Part shown: piece by piece, positions 9,164 through 18,946 of the stretch
Position numbering within the stretch: position 1 is the stretch's first letter
Layout of the letters: the number at the start of each line of letters is the position of its first letter
Source: Clostridia bacterium
GTDB lineage: Bacteria; Bacillota; Clostridia; Oscillospirales; CAG-272
Assembly: GCA_017463485.1 (NCBI GenBank)
Contig: JAFTPD010000002.1
Location: 65,229 to 129,228 of the forward strand
Reading direction: 5' to 3'
DNA: 64,000 nt
The notes under the pieces: model-generated
The model's database searches: none
The model's input: the letters and a program-made list of their open reading frames with translations, nothing else
Told to the model about the DNA's origin: nothing
Program-made: the position numbers and the translations under genes

Positions 9164-10336
9164 ATGAACTATTCTGAAGAATCACTGAAAAAGCATTATG
9201 AGTGGCAGGGAAAGATCGAGGTTACAGCCCGTGTTCCCGTAAAGAACAGGGAAGACCTGTCGCTTGCTTATACCCCCGGCGTTGCACAGCCTTGCCTTGA
9301 AATACAAAAGGACGAAAGCCGCTCCTACGACCTCACCCGCCGTTGGAACACCGTCGCCGTTATTACCGACGGAACGGCAGTCCTTGGACTCGGCGATATC
9401 GGACCTGTTGCGGGCATGCCCGTCATGGAAGGAAAAGCTTTGCTGTTCAAGGAATTTGGCGACGTTGATGCTATTCCACTGTGCATCAAGAGCAAGGACG
9501 TCGACGAGATAGTGCGCACGATCTACTTGCTGTCTGGTAGCTTTGGAGGTATCAATCTTGAGGATATCTCCGCTCCCCGTTGCTTTGAAATTGAGGATAG
9601 ACTCAAAGAGATCTGCGATATTCCCGTATTCCACGACGATCAGCACGGAACTGCTATCGTGCTTGGCGCGGCGCTTATCAACGCGCTGAAGGTGGTAGGC
9701 AAAAGCATCGACGGCGTGCGCGTCGTCATCAACGGCGCGGGCAGCGCGGGTATCGCTATTGCAAAATTCCTGCTTCGTATGGGTGTCAGGGATATGATAG
9801 TCTGCGACAAGATCGGTACGCTGACAGTGGGCAAAGAGGGAATGAACAAAGCGCAGGCTGAGCTTGCGGAAAAGACCAATTTTGACCGCCTTGACGGCAC
9901 ACTTGCGGATGCTATGCGCGGCGCTGACGTTTTTGTAGGCGTTTCCGCTCCCAATATTGTCAGCGAGGAAATGGTCGCGTCTATGAATAAGGGCGCTATC
10001 GTTTTCCCGATGGCAAATCCCGTTCCCGAAATTTCTCCTGATGCGGCTTTGCGTGCAGGTGCTGTTGTCGTAGGTACGGGAAGAAGCGACGCGGACAATC
10101 AGATAAACAACGTGCTGGCTTTCCCGGGTATCTTCCGCGGAGTGCTTGACGCAAGAGCGAGCGAGATCAACGAGGATATGAAGCTTGCGGCGGCTTACGC
10201 TATCGCGTCCCTCATCAGTGATGACGAGCTTTCCGCCAAGTACATTATCCCCAAGGCATTTGACCCGCGGGTAGGCAAGACGGTTGCCGCGGCGGTTAAG
10301 GAGTGCGCCCGCAAAACCGGTGTTGCAAGAATATAA
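9164..10336 (+). CDS. NAD(P)-dependent malic enzyme (short form)
   Basis: [53 protein letters not shown]. 1-nt gap after the previous gene. Confidence 0.9.
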   Translation: MNYSEESLKKHYEWQGKIEVTARVPVKNREDLSLAYTPGVAQPCLEIQKDESRSYDLTRRWNTVAVITDGTAVLGLGDIGPVAGMPVMEGKALLFKEFGDVDAIPLCIKSKDVDEIVRTIYLLSGSFGGINLEDISAPRCFEIEDRLKEICDIPVFHDDQHGTAIVLGAALINALKVVGKSIDGVRVVINGAGSAGIAIAKFLLRMGVRDMIVCDKIGTLTVGKEGMNKAQAELAEKTNFDRLDGTLADAMRGADVFVGVSAPNIVSEEMVASMNKGAIVFPMANPVPEISPDAALRAGAVVVGTGRSDADNQINNVLAFPGIFRGVLDARASEINEDMKLAAAYAIASLISDDELSAKYIIPKAFDPRVGKTVAAAVKECARKTGVARI

Positions 10337-10343
10337 AAAAAGT

Positions 10344-10375
10344 CAGAGCCGATATGGAAATCCATATCGGCTCTG
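10344..10375. terminator. bidirectional terminator
   Basis: CAGAGCCGATATGG-aaat-CCATATCGGCTCTG, flanked by an A-run and a T-run, between convergent genes. Confidence 0.7.
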
Positions 10376-10380
10376 TAATT

Positions 10381-11529
10381 TTATTCAGCCGTATAAACGA
10401 CTTTTCCGTCAACGACGGTAATATGCGCCGCCGCTCCCACGGTGGTGATGGGGTCAGCCGTCCAGATGACGACATCGCCGTCTTTGCCTACCTCAAGGCT
10501 TCCCACGCGGTCAGAAATGCCGACACCGCGAGCAGGATTGATGGTAATGGCTCTCCACGCGACCTCGTAATCAAGTCCCGCATCATGAGCAAGTCCCGCG
10601 CACATAGGCAGATACTGCAAGGGAATAACGGGCGCGTCGGTAATTATGGAAATGTCAACGCCCGCCTTGTGAAGCACGTCGGGGGTAGTGAAGGACTTGT
10701 TTTTAAGCTCGATTTTTGACTTTGAGCCGAGAGAAGGACCTACGAATGCGGGATAACCCTCCCGTGCAAGCGCGTCTGCAATAAGCGCGCCGTCGGTACA
10801 GTGATCGAGTGTGAGATCAACGTCGAACTCCTTAGCTACACGAATAGCCGTGAAAATATCGTCCGCGCGGTGAGCGTGAGCCTTGAGCGGTATCTCCTTT
10901 TTGATAACGGGGATCATAGCCTCCAGCTTCATGTCAAAGGCAGGCTCTTTGCCGCTTTCCTTTGCCGCAAGGTAGTTTCGGGTCTTGAAAAGCACCTCGC
11001 GGAGAAGCGACGCGGTCGCCATACGGGTGACGGGGGACTTGCCCTTCTGACCGAAGCAGCCCTTGGGATTTTCGCCGAAAGCGCATTTCATGGCAAGGGG
11101 ATCCTTGATTATCATATCGTCCACGCGGTCACCTACAAGCTTTATCGCTACGAAGGTTCCGCCAACGACGTTTGCACTGCCGGGACCCGTGCAAGCAGAC
11201 GTAACGCCGCCCTGCACAGCAAGACCGAAGCTTTCATCCTGCGGATTGATACTGTCAATGGCGCGGAGCTGGGGAGTGATGGGCTCTATGTACTCGTTGT
11301 AGTCCATACCCTCCCAACGCATGGATTCGTTGTGAAGTCCGATATGGCAGTGCGCGTCCACGCAACCGGGGGTAACAAGGCGTCCCTCGGCGTCAATAAC
11401 TGTTGCGCCGTCAGCCGAAATATCCTTGCCTACGGCGGCAATTTTCCCGTCGTCACCAATGAGGACACAGCCCGAAGGGATATCCTCGCCGACCATGGTT
11501 TTAACGTAACCGTTTTTGATAAGCAGCAT
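10381..11529 (-). CDS. amidohydrolase family protein
   Basis: VDAHCHIGL metal-binding HxH motif. Start at Met after AAGGAGA (MLLIKNGYV). Confidence 0.8.
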   Translation of the reverse strand: MLLIKNGYVKTMVGEDIPSGCVLIGDDGKIAAVGKDISADGATVIDAEGRLVTPGCVDAHCHIGLHNESMRWEGMDYNEYIEPITPQLRAIDSINPQDESFGLAVQGGVTSACTGPGSANVVGGTFVAIKLVGDRVDDMIIKDPLAMKCAFGENPKGCFGQKGKSPVTRMATASLLREVLFKTRNYLAAKESGKEPAFDMKLEAMIPVIKKEIPLKAHAHRADDIFTAIRVAKEFDVDLTLDHCTDGALIADALAREGYPAFVGPSLGSKSKIELKNKSFTTPDVLHKAGVDISIITDAPVIPLQYLPMCAGLAHDAGLDYEVAWRAITINPARGVGISDRVGSLEVGKDGDVVIWTADPITTVGAAAHITVVDGKVVYTAE

Positions 11530-11589
11530 AATTTTATCTCCTTTGTCTATTAAGAAAGCCCGTGGAGTCACGGGCTTTTCTGTTTTGAT

Positions 11590-12267
11590 TTAAGCTTCCT
11601 CCGCGAAATTTTCAACCAGCGTGATGTTGAGGTTTCCGTTGCGGATGCGGATCTCGTCGATCATTTCCTTTTCATTTGCCCCCGCAGACATTACCACGCG
11701 GTAATCAAGCTCCAGCACCGTGCCGTAATCGGCGGTTTTGATGCGGTTGAGATGATAAGAACGGCAGTATTTTTTCAAGACGGGGTCAAACACGCCTCTG
11801 TAATCAAGGCTTTCGGGAATAAGGATACGCAGTCGCTTGCCGTGACCGCCTATCTTGTCAACTCCAAAGAGGGAGAAGAAGAATAAAACAGCAAGAATTA
11901 TGCCGACCGCGATAAGACCAAATCCGATAAATCCAACGCCGCAAGCCATACCGGACGCGAGCGAGAGGAACAGATAAAGCAGATCGCGCGGATCGTCAAC
12001 GCGGTTGCGGAATCGGATAAGAGCAAGACCGCCGCCGATACTGATCGCGCGGGCAAGGTTACTACCGACTGAGATAACGATAATGGCAACGATAGGTCCG
12101 AGTACCATGACCGTCATAAGCATTGAGGGGCGGAAGCCCGTGCGGCGGTGAGTGAACATATAGACCAGCATGATAGCCAGCGCAAGTCCGAGAGCGCAGC
12201 CCATGATAGTCAGTGCGCGACCGAGGGTAATGGTCGTGATATCAATGGATTGAAGTATGTAATTCAT
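11590..12267 (-). CDS. DUF4956 domain membrane protein
   Basis: Multi-TM N-terminal half with the GGGLALIRFRN..DPRD motif typical of DUF4956; usual partner of VTC-domain proteins. Confidence 0.75.
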   Translation of the reverse strand: MNYILQSIDITTITLGRALTIMGCALGLALAIMLVYMFTHRRTGFRPSMLMTVMVLGPIVAIIVISVGSNLARAISIGGGLALIRFRNRVDDPRDLLYLFLSLASGMACGVGFIGFGLIAVGIILAVLFFFSLFGVDKIGGHGKRLRILIPESLDYRGVFDPVLKKYCRSYHLNRIKTADYGTVLELDYRVVMSAGANEKEMIDEIRIRNGNLNITLVENFAEEA

Positions 12268-12299
12268 AATTGACAGTGCGGCGTATGCCGTCCTCCGTA

Positions 12300-13067
12300 T
12301 TATTTTTGAGAGCCTGTTTTTTCATAAGGCGGCAGTGAATTTCCAAGGGATCGAGAGTAGTCGTAGGTATATTTTTTAAACGAAGTTCCGTACTTTGAAA
12401 ACGTGTTGAAGGATATGCCCATATCGCTCATAATGTGCGAAAACCACACCGGTACAGCTCCTGAAAATTTGACCTCGACGAGTGTAATGTCGGGCGGGAG
12501 CAGGGGATCGCCGTAGCGTCCGAGCGTAAGATCAAGGTCGTACCTGCGCGTGAGGATATCGTGGTCAAAGGTCACGCGGAAGGATGGATCGTCCTTGCCG
12601 AAATATGCATCTCGCAAATAACTGACGTAGGTGCGCGGATATACGGTCTCGTGTGACAGATAGTACTCTATCTCCCGCAATACCTGATTGTCAATGTACT
12701 TAAGCCCCGCAGGGATCTTTTTGGTTTCAATGAACTCGTTGACCTGACGCAGAGTGATCTTGGCGCGCCGCTTCGTACCGACGCCGTTCAGCTTCTTTTT
12801 CAGCTCTATAAACACCTTTGAATCAAGAGTAGGTGTGCCGTAGCTTCGGAGTCGAAGCTTTTCCTTGTATTTGGGAAGCTGAATAGAGTTGCGGATGACG
12901 CTGTTGGAGTCGTCGTCGTAATACAGATTGCAAATCATGTACGGCTCACCGTTTTTATTGTACTCGTCAGCGTTCATAAAGGGGGTGATACGAGCCTTAA
13001 GTAGCTCGACGTCGGAAGTCTTTATATGGATCTTTTTTTCCATACGCCTAAACGTATTCAAGGACAC
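12300..13067 (-). CDS. VTC (polyphosphate polymerase-like, CYTH-type) domain protein
   Basis: FRRMEKKIHI..., LRLRSYG, IELKKK, EVKF strands typical of the VTC domain. Start set to GTG 7 nt after GGAGG; this start is uncertain. Confidence 0.7.
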   Translation of the reverse strand: MSLNTFRRMEKKIHIKTSDVELLKARITPFMNADEYNKNGEPYMICNLYYDDDSNSVIRNSIQLPKYKEKLRLRSYGTPTLDSKVFIELKKKLNGVGTKRRAKITLRQVNEFIETKKIPAGLKYIDNQVLREIEYYLSHETVYPRTYVSYLRDAYFGKDDPSFRVTFDHDILTRRYDLDLTLGRYGDPLLPPDITLVEVKFSGAVPVWFSHIMSDMGISFNTFSKYGTSFKKYTYDYSRSLGNSLPPYEKTGSQK

Positions 13068-13184
13068 GACGTCACCTCCGTACGCAAAATATACACGAAT
13101 ATTACAAAATGCACAACATTCCTTATAAATTATACATATTATATATGTCTTGATTTTTAACAAACGCAGACATATTTATGAACT

Positions 13185-13835
13185 TTACAGCTTGGATTGA
13201 AAGGCCACAGCACGTCCGATAATTTTGATGCTTTCAAGCTCGTGGCCTATAAATACGAGCGGCTCGTACTTTGGGTTTTCGGGAGTCAGCACAAGCTTGG
13301 ATTGCTCGGGATAGTAGTAGACTCGCTTGAGCGTCGCCTCGTCCCCGATAATTACTGCCGCGATCTCGCCGTTGTCAACTGTTTCCGCTTGCTTGATGTA
13401 TACTATATCGCCGTCATATATTCTTGCACCCGTCATGCTGTCGCCCTTGGCTGTAAGACAGAAATCGGCATTGATGTCCGCGCCGCTGACGTATTCGCTC
13501 CAGTCTTGATCTGCAATTATAGGCATTCCGCAGGCAATGTCGCCAAGCACGGGATAGGAGGAAGTTCCTATCGTAGAAATGTTGTCAGGAATGTGGAGGG
13601 TAGGGGAGGTGGTGCGCTCCATTGCTACGTCGCCGCCCATCAGCCACGCCTCGGAGACGTCCAGCGCCTCGGCAATAAGGCACAAGGCCTTGGGCTTTGC
13701 CTCGTAGACACCGTTGGTGTATTGACTGATGCGAGCCTTTGAAAGTCCTGTCAGCCGCGACAGCTCCGCCGCCTTGATACCTCTCGACACCATTGCCGCG
13801 TTGAGTCGGTCCTTAAAGCTTCTGCTTGTTTCCAT
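13185..13835 (-). CDS. CI/LexA-like repressor (XRE HTH + S24 peptidase)
   Basis: HTH (IKAAELSRLTGLSKARISQYTNG). S24 catalytic motifs GDSM (Ser) and ATLKRV (Lys). Start at Met after AAAGGAAA. Confidence 0.88.
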   Translation of the reverse strand: METSRSFKDRLNAAMVSRGIKAAELSRLTGLSKARISQYTNGVYEAKPKALCLIAEALDVSEAWLMGGDVAMERTTSPTLHIPDNISTIGTSSYPVLGDIACGMPIIADQDWSEYVSGADINADFCLTAKGDSMTGARIYDGDIVYIKQAETVDNGEIAAVIIGDEATLKRVYYYPEQSKLVLTPENPKYEPLVFIGHELESIKIIGRAVAFQSKL

Positions 13836-13954
13836 AGTGATATTTCCTTTCAAAAGGTAAAATTTCGCATGGTAGTATGGCTTTATTATAAACCAAAGTT
13901 AAGCTTCTGTCAAGAGGTTTTGATAAAAAAGTTAAGGAAATGTCAAAATGGGGG

Positions 13955-13984
13955 TTGACAAGGGCAAGGATGGTGTGGTATACT
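13955..13984 (+). promoter_or_regulatory. early/lytic promoter of the island
   Basis: TTGACA (13955-13960), 18-nt spacer, TGgTATACT extended -10 (13976-13984). Faces away from the repressor gene. Confidence 0.6.
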
Positions 13985-13991
13985 ATCGGCA

Positions 13992-14007
13992 GTTAAGCGA
14001 ACTTAAC
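13992..14007. promoter_or_regulatory. operator palindrome O1
   Basis: GTTAAGcgaaCTTAAC, a perfect 6+4+6 palindrome immediately downstream of the -10. Confidence 0.55.
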
Positions 14008-14073
14008 TTTGACTTGCATTTAAAAAGATGCGCTCCTGTTGCAAGTCGGGAGCGTAAAATTTTTACCTATTTA

Positions 14074-14089
14074 GTTAAGCAAACTTAAT
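14074..14089. promoter_or_regulatory. operator palindrome O2
   Basis: GTTAAGcaaaCTTAAt, a near copy of O1 82 bp downstream. GTTAAG half-sites also at 13898 and 13931. Confidence 0.5.
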
Positions 14090-14168
14090 TTGAAGGAAGG
14101 CAGGGTGGGAAGAAAGGTCAAAATATGAGCTATACGATATACGTTATCAGAAGAAAGGAAGTACTAAA

Positions 14169-14444
14169 ATGCAGGAGAAAAACAATTCCGTAGGGGCGAG
14201 CGAGCCCATGCGGGCTATCGGAATGTGCCCTTATTTTCAGAGGGAGAGAGGAAACGGACTTGTGTATTGCGAATGTGCAAAATTCCGTTTTCCCGATAAG
14301 ATCTCGCGCCGTGAGATCGTTTACAGATTTTGCGCGCACCCCGAAAATTACAAGGCTTGCGTGATCAAGCAGACGATGGACCACTTCTACGAGCGCAAGT
14401 ATAATCAGATAGAAGGCGGACAGAGAGGAGTGTCCAATGGCTGA
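14169..14444 (+). CDS. hypothetical Cys-rich phage protein (91 aa)
   Basis: First ORF after the promoter. Five Cys residues (MCPYF..YCEC..FC..AC) suggest a zinc-binding fold. No family recognised. Confidence 0.55.
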   Translation: MQEKNNSVGASEPMRAIGMCPYFQRERGNGLVYCECAKFRFPDKISRREIVYRFCAHPENYKACVIKQTMDHFYERKYNQIEGGQRGVSNG

Positions 14445-14697
14445 GAGAAAACGCAAGACGGGTAGCGACTGCCTGAGCGATGTCAAAGCCTACGAGGAGC
14501 TGCTCCGCGTATACGGCGCGTGGCTTGGATATCTGTTGTCGCGTCTTGGTGAGGGCGAGCTTCGCGTTGATGTGTCCGAGATATCGAAAGGACTTGACGC
14601 CGCTTGCGTGAGCGCGTGGCGAGAGGGTGACGAATACGTCATCCGTGTGGATAAAAAGGATGTGGCTGACAATGGCGGAGAAAAAAAGGGGACTTGA
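14437..14697 (+). CDS. hypothetical phage protein (86 aa)
   Basis: ORF overlapping the neighbours by 8 nt and 26 nt. No motif recognised. Confidence 0.45.
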   Translation: MAERKRKTGSDCLSDVKAYEELLRVYGAWLGYLLSRLGEGELRVDVSEISKGLDAACVSAWREGDEYVIRVDKKDVADNGGEKKGT

Positions 14698-15058
14698 ATT
14701 TATTCCGTCGGATGTCGCCGCAGATGACGCAAGACGCAGTCGCCGCGTTGAGGATTCCATCTATAAGCGCGCACGCGGATATAAGGTAGCCGTCAAAAAG
14801 ACTTACAAGGTCAAGCGCGTAGAATACGATCCCGATACGGGTAAGAAAACGTCGGAGCGGGAGGAGCTGGCGACGGGCATTGACGAGGTACATATTCCCG
14901 CCGACGTCCGCGCAGGGGAGTATTGGCTCAAAAACCGTTCCCCCGAGCGTTGGAGTGAGCATCCCGCAGTACCCGACGCGGATGACGGTGATGATGGCGT
15001 GGGGATAATTCTGCTCCCCGACGTAGAGGCGTCTGACGGAGGAAAAAATGAAGCCTGA
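14672..15058 (+). CDS. terminase small subunit
   Basis: Position before TerL and the C-terminal motif PADVRAGEYWLKNRSPERW, typical of small terminases. Start at internal ATG (MAEKKRG). Confidence 0.7.
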   Translation: MAEKKRGLEFIPSDVAADDARRSRRVEDSIYKRARGYKVAVKKTYKVKRVEYDPDTGKKTSEREELATGIDEVHIPADVRAGEYWLKNRSPERWSEHPAVPDADDGDDGVGIILLPDVEASDGGKNEA

Positions 15059-16496
15059 CAAGGTGATCTGGTCGCCACAGCCCAAGCAGAGGATATTTAT
15101 GAGTCGGTGGGAGGACGAGGCACTGTACGGAGGTGCGGCGGGCGGAGGAAAGAGCGATTGCGCCATAGTTGAAGCCTTGCGGCAGGTAAACGTGCCGCAC
15201 TATCACGGGCTGATACTCCGCAAGACCTATCCGCAGCTCTCCGACATTATCAGCCGCTCCCACGAGCTGTACTCTCGCGCATTTCCCGAGGCAAGGTATA
15301 ACGACTCAAAGCACGTGTGGACTTTCCCAAGCGGCGCGAAGATATATTTCGGCTCGCTGCAGCACGCCTCAGACCGTTTCAATTATCAAGGCAAGAGATA
15401 CGACTTTATCGACTTTGACGAGCTGACGCAGTTTACAGCGGACGAGTATACGTACCTCTTTTCGCGAAACCGTCCAAACGGCCCCGGTACGCGGTGCTAT
15501 ATAAGGGCGCAGGCAAACCCCGGCGGTATCGGACACGGCTGGGTAAAGGCTCGGTTTATAACTCCCGCGCCTCCCATGACTACGATATGGGAGGACGTCA
15601 AGGTGCGCTTTCCTGATGGACGCGAGGAAAACCGCCGCCGTTCAAGGATCTTTGTGCCGTCCACCGTGTTTGACAATCAGAAGCTGCTGGAAAACGACCC
15701 CGAATATCTCACAAGCCTTGCGGCACTGCCCGAGGCAGAGAGAAACGCACTGCTTTACGGCAACTGGGACAGCTTTTCGGGGCAGGTCTTTACCGAGTGG
15801 CGCAACGATCCCGATCATTACCGTGACCGTGTGAACACTCACGTTATAGAGCCGTTTGCCATTCCCGAGAATTGGACGGTGTGGCGCGGATTTGACTGGG
15901 GATATACCCGCCCGTTTTCGGTGGGGTGGTACGCAGTGGACTGCGACCGACGGCTTTACCGCATCCGCGAGCTGTACGGCTGTGCGGCAGACTCAAACGG
16001 AAACGCTATCGCCAACCGCGGCGTTATGTGGACGGCTGACCGTGTGGCAAAGGAGATCCGCCGCATTGAAGCAGAGGACGTAAATCTGCGCGGCAGACAT
16101 ATTCACGGAATATGCGATCCAGCGGTGTTTGCCAGAAACGGCGGCGAGAGCATTGGCGAGATAATGGAACGCTCCGGCGTTTACTTCGACAAGGCTGACA
16201 ATACCCGAATCGCGGGCAAAAATCAGATACACAACCGCCTTGCTTTTGACGAATACGGCGTGCCTATGCTGTACGTCTTTTCGACCTGCAAGCACTTTAT
16301 CCGCACCGTACCCGAGCTTGTATACAGTCAGACCGACGTGGAGGATATCGACACCGACGGCGAGGATCACATCTATGACGAATTGAGATACATGTGCATG
16401 GAAAACCCCGTGGCGGCGCGAGAGGATAAAAGAAAGGAAAGTCTGTGTGAGCCGCCGCAATATATGCCGTATCTCGTGCGGCACGAATATTGTTGA
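15048..16496 (+). CDS. terminase large subunit
   Basis: Walker A (YGGAAGGGKSD), Walker B-like (FIDFDELTQF), C-terminal nuclease region (DTDGEDHIYDELRY). Confidence 0.9.
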   Translation: MKPDKVIWSPQPKQRIFMSRWEDEALYGGAAGGGKSDCAIVEALRQVNVPHYHGLILRKTYPQLSDIISRSHELYSRAFPEARYNDSKHVWTFPSGAKIYFGSLQHASDRFNYQGKRYDFIDFDELTQFTADEYTYLFSRNRPNGPGTRCYIRAQANPGGIGHGWVKARFITPAPPMTTIWEDVKVRFPDGREENRRRSRIFVPSTVFDNQKLLENDPEYLTSLAALPEAERNALLYGNWDSFSGQVFTEWRNDPDHYRDRVNTHVIEPFAIPENWTVWRGFDWGYTRPFSVGWYAVDCDRRLYRIRELYGCAADSNGNAIANRGVMWTADRVAKEIRRIEAEDVNLRGRHIHGICDPAVFARNGGESIGEIMERSGVYFDKADNTRIAGKNQIHNRLAFDEYGVPMLYVFSTCKHFIRTVPELVYSQTDVEDIDTDGEDHIYDELRYMCMENPVAAREDKRKESLCEPPQYMPYLVRHEYC

Positions 16497-16529
16497 CAGA
16501 AAAAAGAATTCGGAGGCAGGGTGGGAATT

Positions 16530-18146
16530 ATGAGGAATGGAGAAAATATGAGAAAAACAGAAACAGAAGGCTATGAAAATACCTGTGCCATAGGCAAGGT
16601 AGAGCTTCGGGAGGCGCTGGAGCTTTTGCAATCCTACAAGGAGGCAAAGCGGCGTACCGACGAGCGTATATGGGATGAGATGCAGTGGTGGCAGAAGCGC
16701 CACGACATCAAAGCTGCGGCAAGTGTCAGCGGGGTGCGTCCCGTGTCGGCGTGGCTGTTCAACAGCGTTTGCAACAAGCATGCGGATATGTGCGACAATA
16801 TCCCCGTCGCAAAGGCACTGCCCCGTGAAATGGGGGACGAGATGGCGGCGGATATGCTGTCCAAGATACTCCCCGTGATCTGCGAGAGATGCGGATTTGA
16901 AAAGACCTATTCGGACAATGCGTGGTACAAGCTGCGCCACGGAATGAGCGCGTGGGGCGTGTTCTGGAATTCACGGCTTGAAAATGGGCTTGGCGATATT
17001 GATATATGTCGTATGGACGTTATGGATATCTTCTGGGACGTGAGTGTTGCCGACATTCAGGACAGCCGCGGACTTTTTATCATCTCTGCCGATACTGCGG
17101 AGGGTGTGAGGAGCGCATATCCTCATTTCAAGGGCGAGTATAGGGACGGAGAGCGCGGCGACAGGGTAGAGGTCATTGACTGGTACTACAAGCGCCGCAT
17201 GCCCGACGGACGAAGTCTGCTTCACTATGCGAAAATATGCGGTGATGAGCTGCTTTACTCGTCCGAAAACGACCCTATGTTTGCAGATCGCGGCTGGTAC
17301 GAGCACGGAATGTACCCCGTGGTGCTGGACGTGCTTTTCCCCGACGTGAGTGGTAGCACGGGCTACGGATTCCTTGCTGTGGGCAGAAATCCGCAGGGCT
17401 ATATCGACGAGCTGGACGGCAATATTCTTGAATATGCCAACACCGTCAGCCGCGCAAGATACTGGGCAAAGCGCTCTCTTGGCATCAACGAGCGCGATTT
17501 CCTCAATCCCGATAAGCGTATTATCGAGGTGGAGGGAGATATCGACGACGAAAAGCTCCGTCAGATAAAGGTAGAGCCTATCGACTCAACGCTGACGTCC
17601 ATCCGCACTATGAAGATAGACGAGCTGAAGGAAACCACGGGCAACCGCGACGTGTCGCAGGGAAGCACCTCGGGAGGCGTTACTGCGGCATCTGCTATCG
17701 TTGCCCTGCAGGAGTCGGGCAATAAAGGAAGCCGCGACGTGATAATGGGAACTTACCGCGCCTACGTTTCGGTGATCACTCTCGTTATCGAGCTTATCCG
17801 CGAGTTTTACGACGGAGAGAGATGCTTCCGCATCTGCGGCGACGGCAGTAAGGCTAACCCCTATCAGTATCTGAACTATACCAACCGCGATCTCAAAACG
17901 GTGACGGTGGGCGTGGGTGCTGACGGCGAGGCGTTGTATTACCGTCCCGTATTTGATATCGAGGTCAAGGCAGAGCGCCGCGACCCTCTGACCCAAAGCG
18001 CGAGAAATCAGCTCATACTTCAGCTCTACGAGGCGGGAATGTTCGATCCCGAAAACAGCGCCGCCGCGTCGGTAGCCCTTGAATGTATGGATTTTGACGG
18101 AATCGACGCCGCCCGCGCGATGGTGCGTACTGGGGTACAGGTATGA
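16530..18146 (+). CDS. portal protein
   Basis: About 540 aa, directly after TerL, with a size and composition typical of portals. Exact start uncertain (GTG 16521, ATG 16530 or ATG 16548). Confidence 0.75.
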   Translation: MRNGENMRKTETEGYENTCAIGKVELREALELLQSYKEAKRRTDERIWDEMQWWQKRHDIKAAASVSGVRPVSAWLFNSVCNKHADMCDNIPVAKALPREMGDEMAADMLSKILPVICERCGFEKTYSDNAWYKLRHGMSAWGVFWNSRLENGLGDIDICRMDVMDIFWDVSVADIQDSRGLFIISADTAEGVRSAYPHFKGEYRDGERGDRVEVIDWYYKRRMPDGRSLLHYAKICGDELLYSSENDPMFADRGWYEHGMYPVVLDVLFPDVSGSTGYGFLAVGRNPQGYIDELDGNILEYANTVSRARYWAKRSLGINERDFLNPDKRIIEVEGDIDDEKLRQIKVEPIDSTLTSIRTMKIDELKETTGNRDVSQGSTSGGVTAASAIVALQESGNKGSRDVIMGTYRAYVSVITLVIELIREFYDGERCFRICGDGSKANPYQYLNYTNRDLKTVTVGVGADGEALYYRPVFDIEVKAERRDPLTQSARNQLILQLYEAGMFDPENSAAASVALECMDFDGIDAARAMVRTGVQV

Positions 18147-18448
18147 TAGACGTAAGCTATGCGGTAAACGCCGAGAGCGGAAAATGCCAAATTGAAGCGT
18201 GCGGTCACGCAGGCTGTGCCGAGCGCGGAGGAGACGTTATCTGCGCGGGAGTGTCCGCGCTCCTGTACGGATTTCTGTACTACCTCTCCGAAAAGCACGG
18301 CTCAAGTCTTGTGTGGCACGAGAGCGACGACAGCCTTTTTATGTGCTTCCCGTCGGAGAGCGCGGAGGCACTTGAGGTGATAACGGCATCTCTCAGACTT
18401 ATGTCGGACACCTATCCCGAATACGTTAGCTTGCAAGAAGGAAGGTAA
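18143..18448 (+). CDS. Prp-like (DUF464) cysteine protease, phage-encoded
   Basis: GHAGCAERGGDVICAGVSAL matches the Prp His/Cys catalytic dyad motif. Compare host Prp at 55679 (GHTGYGEEGGDVLCAAISAM). ATGA overlap with the portal gene. Confidence 0.8.
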   Translation: MIDVSYAVNAESGKCQIEACGHAGCAERGGDVICAGVSALLYGFLYYLSEKHGSSLVWHESDDSLFMCFPSESAEALEVITASLRLMSDTYPEYVSLQEGR

Positions 18449-18451
18449 AAT

Positions 18452-18928
18452 ATGGAACAAATCACAGAAACCGAAATCATAACGGAAAACGAACAGACAG
18501 AGCCGACCGCAGAGTCGACACTTGAGGTAACGGAGACGGAGGAGGTCATCAGTCAGCCGACAGAGCCGCAGACGCAGGGTATTGATATGGAGGAATTTAC
18601 CCGTTCACTCCTTGATGCTTACCCCGACGCAGACGTCGCTGACGAAAGACTGCTCGCCTACGCCGAAGGTCGCGAGCGACTCAGTGCCGTTGACCTTTAC
18701 CGAGCTTTGAATTTTGACAGCCTTGTGGCAAAGGCGGCAAACGCCGCCGCGCTGGAAGCCGAATCAAAGCTTATCGCACATATCCGTCTTTGCGGAATTC
18801 GCCCCGCAGAGAACGGAACAGACAGACAAAAGGGAGGAAAGAAAACCCCTCCCGTGGCAAGGCTCAGCCGCGCCGAGCGAGCAAAAATTGCCGCAAGAGC
18901 AGGTCGCGGAGAGCGCATTGAATTTTAA
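18452..18928 (+). CDS. putative scaffolding protein
   Basis: Highly acidic N-terminus, Ala-rich helical middle, basic C-terminus. Sits between the protease and the capsid gene. Confidence 0.6.
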   Translation: MEQITETEIITENEQTEPTAESTLEVTETEEVISQPTEPQTQGIDMEEFTRSLLDAYPDADVADERLLAYAEGRERLSAVDLYRALNFDSLVAKAANAAALEAESKLIAHIRLCGIRPAENGTDRQKGGKKTPPVARLSRAERAKIAARAGRGERIEF

Positions 18929-18946
18929 AAAAGAAAGGACAAAAAA

